From positions 4,476 to 68,475 of the forward strand of contig JAZDGM010000102.1 in the NCBI GenBank assembly GCA_043806915.1: a DNA stretch of 64,000 nt, read 5' to 3'. This stretch comes from Pseudomonadota bacterium. Its GTDB lineage: Bacteria; Desulfobacterota; Desulfarculia; Adiutricales; JAGVGV01. A program made the position numbers and the translations under genes. Numbering within the stretch: position 1 is the first letter of the stretch; every line of letters begins with the position of its first letter. Below the pieces are notes generated by a model. That model searched no databases and was not told where the DNA came from. It saw only the letters and a program-made list of their open reading frames with translations. Below, one piece after another: positions 52,099 to 59,085 of this stretch.

Positions 52099-53388
52099 CT
52101 AGTGTTTGAAGGCCCTTTGTCCGGTAAAGACCATGGCGGCGGGAGGGTCGGCCTCGTTGCAGGCCGTGATCGACTCATGGTCCCGGACCGATCCGCCCGG
52201 GTGGGCGATGGCGGAAACGCCTTCCTTGAGGGCCACGTCGACCCCGTCCCGGAAAGGAAAGAAGGCGTCCGAGATCATGGCCGCTCCCGGCAGGCCGGCC
52301 CGGGCCGCCTTGGTCTCCCGCTCGATGTCATCCACCAGGGCCTGGTCCGCCCGGCCCTGGGCCGCCTCGAGGACCAAGTCCTTGAAGGGCTTGCCGAGCC
52401 TGGCGAAGCAGAGCGCGTCCGCGTATTTGGTATAGGCCTTGTAAATGGCGATCTCCGCCACCCCGACCCGGTCCTGTTCCCCGGTGCCGATGCCCACCGT
52501 GACCTGGTCCTTAACGTACAGAACCGAATTTGACGTCACTCCCTGTTCCACGGCCCAACCGAAGAGCAGGTCGTCGAGTTCGCGGTCCGTGGGCGGCCGG
52601 AGGGGACGGTAGGTTTTTCCCTGGTACACGCATTCGGCCGGCTTGAAATCATCCTTTTTCAGGACGGCGTTCAGGGCCGATTGCTGCACGATCAAACCCC
52701 CGTCCAGAAGCGACTTGAAATCAAGGAACCGGGAATAGGCGAAGTCGTTCAGGCGGTCCATGTTTTTAAGGCGAACCACGCGCAGGTCCTTTTTGGGGGA
52801 AAGAATATCGAGGGCGCCCTCCTCGAAATCCGGCGCCGCTATCACTTCGAGATAGTTTCGGACCAAAAGCTCGGCCGTGTCCTGGTCCAGGGGTCTGTTA
52901 AAAACCGCCGTTCCGCCGAAGGCCGCGATCCGGTCGGCCATGTCGGCCTTGCGATAGGCCTGGGCCAGGCTGTCCGCGCAAGCCACGCCGCAAGGATTGT
53001 TGTGCTTGGTGATGACGGCGGCCGGCCGCTCGGTCAGGTACCGCAGAATCCCCAGGCCGGCGTCCACGTCCGTCAGGTTCGTCTTGCTGGGATGCTTGCC
53101 GAACCGAACCATGGCCTCTTCATCCAGGCTGGAAACCAACCCTCGGCCCGGGGAAATGAATTCCACGCCCCCCAGGGCCAGATTGCCGTTGACCAAGCGG
53201 TACAGGGCCGCTTCCTGGCCCGGATTCTCGCCGTAGCGCAAGCCCTTTTCCATGACCGAACCGTCGGGTTCCTCGATTTTCCAGGTAACTTTACGGTAGA
53301 CCAAGGTCACGTCGCCGAACGTTATTTTCATTTCCTCGGGGAAATGGTCGTCCATGACCCGACGATACATTGCTTTAATATCGCTCAT
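52099..53388 (-). CDS. purH: AICAR formyltransferase-only PurH (no MGS-like IMP cyclohydrolase domain)
   Basis: LRYGENPGQEAALY.., VITKHNNPCGVA, ..SAFGG..V.N, VGIGTGEQDRV and ISDAFFPFRDGV match the C-terminal AICARFT domain of PurH. The N-terminal ~55 aa are unrelated to the MGS/IMPCH domain. Confidence 0.85.
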   Translation of the reverse strand: MSDIKAMYRRVMDDHFPEEMKITFGDVTLVYRKVTWKIEEPDGSVMEKGLRYGENPGQEAALYRLVNGNLALGGVEFISPGRGLVSSLDEEAMVRFGKHPSKTNLTDVDAGLGILRYLTERPAAVITKHNNPCGVACADSLAQAYRKADMADRIAAFGGTAVFNRPLDQDTAELLVRNYLEVIAAPDFEEGALDILSPKKDLRVVRLKNMDRLNDFAYSRFLDFKSLLDGGLIVQQSALNAVLKKDDFKPAECVYQGKTYRPLRPPTDRELDDLLFGWAVEQGVTSNSVLYVKDQVTVGIGTGEQDRVGVAEIAIYKAYTKYADALCFARLGKPFKDLVLEAAQGRADQALVDDIERETKAARAGLPGAAMISDAFFPFRDGVDVALKEGVSAIAHPGGSVRDHESITACNEADPPAAMVFTGQRAFKH

Positions 53389-54033
53389 GTTTTTCTCCCA
53401 AGTCGCCGGACGGTGGTCGGAAGGGGCCCTGACCGGCCCAACTTTTTCCGGAAACCCGCCGCGCGATTTTTCCGATTCGCCCCACTAGGCCACGCGAAGG
53501 ACTTTAAAGTATCGCCCAGGGAAAATCAAGGCCGAGGCGAAACAGTCAACCGGGGGTGGATAAATCCAAAATTGTGCGAATTGAACAGCGCGGGTTGGCT
53601 TTTTGGCCTGTTAGCGGCCGGTTGAAAACGATGACTAGGATACAAGGGGTCACGCCGGCAAGAAATCATAAAGAAGAAAAATTAATTAGTCAAATTTTTT
53701 GAACTGAAAAAGAAAGGGACAATACAATTTCAGATGGCCGCTGACAGTTTGGAAGAGTTGGAGGAATTTTTTCGGGCTTTGGCCGGCTCGGCTTCCAATT
53801 CGGCAATTATGGCCAGGCTCTTCTTTCTCGACTAGCCAATTCCTGGTTTGCTTGACCATCACCACTCCTTGTTTGAAGGAGCCAATTCTTGGCAATGAGC
53901 GAAATTTGTCGTAGTTCGTGGCTAAGTGTGGCTATTGTATGTAAAGTAGAGGTCAAATGCAAGTAATTTACACAAAATTACAGATCAACTTTAATAAATC
54001 CAGGGTAGACCGCTTTTTGGCCGGAAGGGCGCC

Positions 54034-54063
54034 CAATGAACTACCCCGCGGCAAGCTACGGTG
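54034..54063. repeat. short intergenic repeat, family 3 (copy B)
   Basis: See 29141..29172; the 18-nt core CCCCGCGGCAAGCTACGG is identical. Confidence 0.6.
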
Positions 54064-54306
54064 TATCAAATTAGACCCAGAGCAATTAAAAAAAATACTC
54101 CCCGCCTGGCCTCTGTGAACGGTTACCAAAAAGGAGGTGTGGGTAAAGATGAGCTACACTGGAGAGCGACCCGGGCGACGGGCCGTGGCCAAGACTGAGT
54201 AAAACAAACCAAGCCCCACGACTTTATCTCGGGATTGGCCTTAAAACGTTAAACCCCAGGGGTGTGGGGACAGAGTTCCCACGGGACAGCTTTGAGGTCA
54301 TATCTC

Positions 54307-54594
54307 ATGACAGGGAAAACTCCAATTCACGGAGAACCAGTACATCAGGCCATGCCGGCCGATACCCCTTTGGTTAAAAACTTGGAAGAACTGGATTATT
54401 TGGAGCTACTCCTTCATGGCAAGGCTAATTTTAAAGAGCTATTCGCTGATCTGGAGGCGGCATCGCCACAAGGCGTCGCCGAAATGCAACCTGACGCCGA
54501 CCGCGTGCCAACAGGTTTTCAAGCGCTCATAAGAACCGAGAACCTACCCGAAAAAATTCTTTGCTCATTCCAAGGGATACCTAAAACGACCTAA
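54307..54594 (+). CDS. hypothetical protein (95 aa), doubtful
   Basis: ATG 54307 inside ORF 54262..54594 (MTGKTPIHGEPVHQAMPADTPLVKNLEELDYLELLLHGKANFKELF..). No SD sequence and no recognisable motif. Listed only because it is the longest ORF in the island. Confidence 0.3.
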   Translation: MTGKTPIHGEPVHQAMPADTPLVKNLEELDYLELLLHGKANFKELFADLEAASPQGVAEMQPDADRVPTGFQALIRTENLPEKILCSFQGIPKTT

Positions 54595-55004
54595 CCCCAC
54601 CGAATTTTGGGACAATAGGAAAAAAAATATAAGAAACCGGGAGAAGTGTCTAAAATATGGAAAAAGTATTGACATTTATAAAAAATATTGTTACGTAGGA
54701 ATTCAAGGGTTTGCAGACGATAATTTTGATACGAAATACTATTCAGACACCGGGAGGTGACGAGGGCGGGGCGTCGAACTTATCCCGAACCAATTGTATC
54801 GATAGCCTGATAACGCGCCTTGTTTATTTGATCGATAAATACAGGCCAACGATATAACTTTCGGTAATTTTACCGGCAGGTGGACGATTACCGCCATTTC
54901 GGGGGAATGCGGATTTTTTGTGGATAAACCGATGATTCAATTGCAAGATTTAGGGATTAGCCCCAAATCAGGGATGGCGATAGGTTTAACTCGCGAGCTA
55001 CTTT

Positions 55005-55062
55005 AGTATTTCGAGGAGTTAAAATTGAGCTGACGATGAGTTGGGGCAAGGACCGAAGTTTT
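55005..55062. repeat. conserved ~60-nt intergenic element, family 2 (copy B)
   Basis: See 11396..11455. Followed here by a possible stem GAGTTGG..CCGACTC and a T7 run (55077..55086). Confidence 0.75.
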
Positions 55063-55334
55063 TAGCCGACTCCAATTTGTTTTTTTACATCGGTTTCATC
55101 GGATAATTATTGCGGTTAGCGCCTAACGGGGTTCTTATTTGTTAAAAAAGAAAATATCCCTCCGGCGCCGGCATAACGAACGGACAGTTTCCGACACTAA
55201 TTTTAGGCGTGGGGGATCAAAGAAAACCCAGGAAAGACGACTTTTACATTTTTAAGCGATAATTCAGAATGTGGGTCAATTAGCGGATTAGATACAAGAT
55301 ATTGGTTCATGTCTACTTTTCCCTTGGGGGCGTA

Positions 55335-56090
55335 ATGAATATTAAAATGATGGGAAGAGGACTGATTCTCTTGACCCTGTGCTCGGTCTGTCTTTATTTT
55401 CCAGTCGGCCGATCACAAGGGGGGCAGCTCGAAAAAACTTACTCCCTCCAGATGAAAGGCGGCAATCTCAAGGATTCGTTGGCGGAATTTTCCCTCCTGA
55501 CGGGCATTGACGTACAAGTGAACAATGTGCCGGAAAAGGAGACCGGTAAAAGATGTTTTCAGGATAAATCAGCGGAATATATCATTACCGATCTACTGCG
55601 CGGCACGAGCCGCGCGGCGCTGTATTACCGTAACGGAGAGGGCGTCTTCATGGTGAAGGTTCTTTTTTTTGACGAGAGTCCCGCTAGCGGGGGAAGCATC
55701 AAGACGACAAATTCATACGGCGCCACTGAAAATCAAGACCAATCCCACGCTTCGCTCGAACGCCGGCCTGCATCTCGACCGGAGACGTACAATCCGGCGT
55801 CAACCTTGAGTCAACCAGCCCACGCCGTGGAACAAACCAAGGAAAACCAAACCAATAACAATTTTTCAGAAGACAAGCCCAATAGACTGTCAAAAAACGC
55901 CCGGACCTCCGTTGCCGGACGGACCGGTTCAAACAAAAATCTTTCGAGTTATTCGGGGGGTGGAACATCGGAAGTCGTGACGCCGGAACAGGCGAAGGCC
56001 TCGGGTTCCAACGAGGAATCCGAGCCTACGCCCTCTCCGCCGGCCACCGTCTCCGGCCTTGAGACTCCCCCCATGCCGCCTGGTATGTAA
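55335..56090 (+). CDS. secreted protein with an STN-like (secretin/TonB N-terminus-type) domain and a long S/T/N/P-rich disordered tail
   Basis: ATG 55335. Signal peptide MNIKMMGRGLILLTLCSVCLYFPVG. LQMKGGNLKDSLAEFSLLTGIDVQV..AEYIITDLLRGTS..FMVKVLF resembles STN domains. The remaining ~140 aa are low complexity. Confidence 0.6.
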   Translation: MNIKMMGRGLILLTLCSVCLYFPVGRSQGGQLEKTYSLQMKGGNLKDSLAEFSLLTGIDVQVNNVPEKETGKRCFQDKSAEYIITDLLRGTSRAALYYRNGEGVFMVKVLFFDESPASGGSIKTTNSYGATENQDQSHASLERRPASRPETYNPASTLSQPAHAVEQTKENQTNNNFSEDKPNRLSKNARTSVAGRTGSNKNLSSYSGGGTSEVVTPEQAKASGSNEESEPTPSPPATVSGLETPPMPPGM

Positions 56091-56121
56091 ACAACTGGAA
56101 ACCTTGAACTGGAGGAGCGAA

Positions 56122-58497
56122 ATGCTAAGAAAATGCATGTTATTGTTGGTTCTTTTCTCTCTAGCGGTTATCCCGTCCCTGGTGGACGCGGGGGTTCGGG
56201 TCCCCCCCCAGCCGGCTCGGATCGGCGGAACGGTCACGTATGACGGAACACAGGTTCTTCAAGCCGATACTGGTTGGAAATTCACGGTAACCGATACGGA
56301 CGGAAATGATTATGTCGATGTAAACGGCGTACCGGCTTCTGTCTCAAGCCTGAAGTCCAACAACTGGTATGTAATCGACATCCCGCTTTTTGATGCGACG
56401 GATCAACAACAAGGCGCGAACACCGGAGAAACAGCCGTCATTCACGCCTACAAGGATGATGTCGAGGTAAAGGTAACCTCGCCGGTGAACGGGCAGTTCC
56501 AGGTCGGCGCTTCCGGCTCCACCACCCAGATCAACATCGAAGCCATAAGTTGCGGCCAGCCGACCGCCAACGCCGGTCCGGACCAGACGGTTAACGAAGG
56601 TGCGACGGTTACCCTGGACGGCTCCGGGTCCCAGGACGCCACCTTCGGCCTTGCCTCATACGAGTGGACCCAGACCGGCGGACCAGATGTGACTTTGTCG
56701 GATTCCGCGGCCATCCAACCGACCTTCACCGCCCCCTCCACCGCCTGCGAGGGCGCTGTCCTCACCTTCCAATTGGAAGTCGCCAACACCTGCGGCGGAA
56801 CCTCCACCGATACGGTTCAGGTCACCGTCAACAACGTGCCTACGCTTCCCACGGCCAACGCCGGGCCCGATCAGACGGTCAACGAAGGCGCCACGGTTAC
56901 GTTGAACGGCTCCAACTCCACCACTCCCGAAGGGTTTAAATCCAGGGCCTGGACTCAGACCGGCGGCCCCGAGGCGACGCTTTCCGACGCCGCGGCCGCG
57001 AAGCCGACCTTTACGGCTCCGAACGTCGATTATCAAGGGGTTTCCCTGACGTTCGAACTTACCGTGACCGACCTCTGCGACAATACCGCCAAGGATACCG
57101 TGATCGTCAATGTCACCAACGTCTGCCAGGCCCCCACGGCCAACGCCGGGCCGAACCAGACGGTTAACGAAGGTGCGACGGTTACCCTGGACGCCACCAA
57201 TTCAGTCGTGCCCGAAGGTGGAGCAGTCTATGGTTGGGTACAAAAGAGCGGCGCGGCCGTGAAGCTTTCGAACGCCTCAAGTCCGAAGCCAACCTTCACC
57301 GCTCCCCAAGTCGACCAGGCAGGCGCCGCCCTGACCTTCGAAGTAACGGTTACCGATAACTGCGGGTTGAAGAGCACTGACAAGGTGGGGGTCAACGTGA
57401 GCAACGTCTGCCAGGCGCCCACCGCCAACGCCGGGCCGGATCAGACGGTTAACGAATCCGAGCAGGTCACCCTCGATGGTTCGGGCAGCACGGCCAACGA
57501 AGGGATAAAGTCGTACCTGTGGACCCAAAAGAGCGGGACCGCCGTCACTTTGTCGGACGCGACGGCCGTCAATCCCACCTTCACCGCCCCCAGCCTTGCC
57601 GACGGCGGCTGCGCGGCGCTGGTGTTTGAGTTGACCGTGACCGACAATTGCGACTTGCAGGCCACCGACGAGGTGGCGGTCAATGTCTGCCCCTGGAATC
57701 CTCCCACCGCCGACGCGGGCGTGGACCAGACGGTTGAGGAAGGCGACACCGTCACCCTGGATGGCTCCGCTTCCCATTCGAACTACGAGGGCGTGGCGCT
57801 GACCGGCTACCAATGGACCGTGAAGTCAGGACAGTCCGTCACCTTGGCCGATCCGACCCAGGTCAAGACAACCTTCGTGGCGCCCAATACCACCGAGGAC
57901 CAAGCCATTCAGTTTGAATTGACGGTTACGGACGGACATAACGAAGTGGCCACGGACGACGTCACGGTGACAGTGACGGATAATGGGATTACCATCCCCA
58001 ACGCTCCCGAGGGCTCGGTCAGCACCGAATCCGCCACGGGGAAAAACTTGGCCTTCATGACCGACGGCCAAGGCGATCTGGTTGATTTGAATCCGAAGAA
58101 CGGCGACGACATGACCAACCAGAACGGCAAGCCCAATAATCTGCTCTACGGTATAATCGGGATGAATATCAAGCTGAATGATCAGAAAACCCGCGGCGAC
58201 GGCGCCGTGGTAACTGTCTACCTGGACGAGGCCGCGCCGAGCGACTATGTCTGGTACATTTACACCGATGTGGACGGTTTCCAGGATTTCAGCGACAACG
58301 CGACCTTTAACGAGGACCGGACCCAAGTCACCCTGGCCCTGACCGACGGCGGCGCGGGCGACGCGGACGGAACCGAAAACGGCGTGATCCAGACGGACTC
58401 GGGCCTCGGACAAAAGGCGTCGACATTCTTCATAATGCCCAGCTCTGGCAGCGACGATAAGAAAAAAGGTTGCTTTATCTCGACCATGAACGACTAA
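56122..58497 (+). CDS. secreted surface protein: N-terminal beta-sandwich-like domain, five PKD-like repeats, choice-of-anchor-U-like domain, C-terminal KKKGCFIS motif
   Basis: GGAGGAG RBS. Signal peptide MLRKCMLLLVLFSLAVIPSLVDA. Five units of P-T-A-N/D-A-G-P/V-D/N-Q-T-V-N/E-E-G-A/D-T-V-T-L-D/N..W-T/V-Q..TF-T/V-AP..LTFEL-T/E-V-T/A-D. The tail LALTDGGAGDADGTENGVIQTDSGLG recalls choice-of-anchor U. Confidence 0.85.
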   Translation: MLRKCMLLLVLFSLAVIPSLVDAGVRVPPQPARIGGTVTYDGTQVLQADTGWKFTVTDTDGNDYVDVNGVPASVSSLKSNNWYVIDIPLFDATDQQQGANTGETAVIHAYKDDVEVKVTSPVNGQFQVGASGSTTQINIEAISCGQPTANAGPDQTVNEGATVTLDGSGSQDATFGLASYEWTQTGGPDVTLSDSAAIQPTFTAPSTACEGAVLTFQLEVANTCGGTSTDTVQVTVNNVPTLPTANAGPDQTVNEGATVTLNGSNSTTPEGFKSRAWTQTGGPEATLSDAAAAKPTFTAPNVDYQGVSLTFELTVTDLCDNTAKDTVIVNVTNVCQAPTANAGPNQTVNEGATVTLDATNSVVPEGGAVYGWVQKSGAAVKLSNASSPKPTFTAPQVDQAGAALTFEVTVTDNCGLKSTDKVGVNVSNVCQAPTANAGPDQTVNESEQVTLDGSGSTANEGIKSYLWTQKSGTAVTLSDATAVNPTFTAPSLADGGCAALVFELTVTDNCDLQATDEVAVNVCPWNPPTADAGVDQTVEEGDTVTLDGSASHSNYEGVALTGYQWTVKSGQSVTLADPTQVKTTFVAPNTTEDQAIQFELTVTDGHNEVATDDVTVTVTDNGITIPNAPEGSVSTESATGKNLAFMTDGQGDLVDLNPKNGDDMTNQNGKPNNLLYGIIGMNIKLNDQKTRGDGAVVTVYLDEAAPSDYVWYIYTDVDGFQDFSDNATFNEDRTQVTLALTDGGAGDADGTENGVIQTDSGLGQKASTFFIMPSSGSDDKKKGCFISTMND

Positions 58498-58508
58498 GAC
58501 GCTTCAAC

Positions 58509-58541
58509 CAGGCGAACGGGGCCATGGGCCCCGTTCGCCTG
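58509..58541 (+). terminator. strong hairpin after the PKD-repeat gene
   Basis: CAGGCGAACGGGG..CCCCGTTCGCCTG, a 13-bp perfect stem 12 nt after the stop. No U-tract follows. Confidence 0.5.
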
Positions 58542-58711
58542 CATATTCGAAACGTAAAAAAATGACCACCAAGCCGGACCATTACCCTGACGACTTCAGC
58601 GCCAAATGGCTCCGGCTTTTTTCATGACGGCCCAAGCGCCCTGTTTCATGACGAATGTTCAAAGACCTTGTTTTGATATCGGGAAGGGCGCTTGATTGGA
58701 AAGGGAAATCA

Positions 58712-59044
58712 ATGCGCAAGGCAACGTTTTCTCTCTGGATGGTTGTATGCCTATTAATGACAGGCTTGGCCGCCTCCGCTGTGCGTCGTGCGGAAGAAAT
58801 CCATAGCTCTCTTCACATGCGGCCGACCACGTCCCAACCCCGTTTTTTTAATACGCCCACAACCCTGGCCAGCGACGGGTCGGGAAAGAAATATATCTTT
58901 GATCACGGGTACAAGCGCGTTTTGAAATATGACGCCAGTGGGAATTTCTTGGACGAGGTCCTGGAGGTTACCGGCGACGAGGGTGTTTTAACGTCGTCGC
59001 CATTAAATGTGGCGGTTTCATATCCCGCGATATTCGGAGGCTGA
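58712..59044 (+). CDS. small secreted protein with a single NHL-like repeat (possible gene remnant)
   Basis: ATG 58712. Signal peptide MRKATFSLWMVVCLLMTGLAASA. KKYIFDHGYKRVLKYDASGNFLDEV resembles one NHL blade, and a full propeller would need about six. Confidence 0.45.
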   Translation: MRKATFSLWMVVCLLMTGLAASAVRRAEEIHSSLHMRPTTSQPRFFNTPTTLASDGSGKKYIFDHGYKRVLKYDASGNFLDEVLEVTGDEGVLTSSPLNVAVSYPAIFGG

Positions 59045-59085
59045 CCGGGAAAATTCCGGTTATGGCTTCAAGAATGGGGGGCGGC

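Larger units (their letters stand above)
53640..55334. other. AT-rich, gene-poor island (compositional break relative to both flanks)
   Basis: GC content drops visibly (long A/T runs). The only track ORFs are 53686..53895(-) and 54262..54594(+), neither recognisable, and 54595..55301 has no ORF of 60 aa or more. Contains copies of repeat families 2 and 3. Confidence 0.7.

Noticed and set aside
52681-53625. Plus-strand ORF of 314 aa opposite purH.
   Set aside because: It is an antisense shadow, while the minus-strand frame has the AICARFT motifs.
54669-54697. A perfect TTGACA hexamer at 54669 as a promoter inside the island.
   Set aside because: No acceptable -10 hexamer lies at 16-18 nt (TACGTA or TTACGT match the consensus poorly) and no downstream gene is within 600 nt. 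The case is too weak to annotate.
53640-55334. Calling the AT-rich island a prophage, IS or integrative element.
   Set aside because: I can recognise no integrase, transposase, tRNA attachment site or terminal inverted/direct repeats. Only the compositional anomaly and short repeats are supported, so it is reported as 'other' and not as a mobile element.
56560-57800. Periodic ~285-nt DNA repeats that might be read as a non-coding tandem repeat or satellite.
   Set aside because: They are in frame and encode the five PKD-like domains of a single secreted protein.
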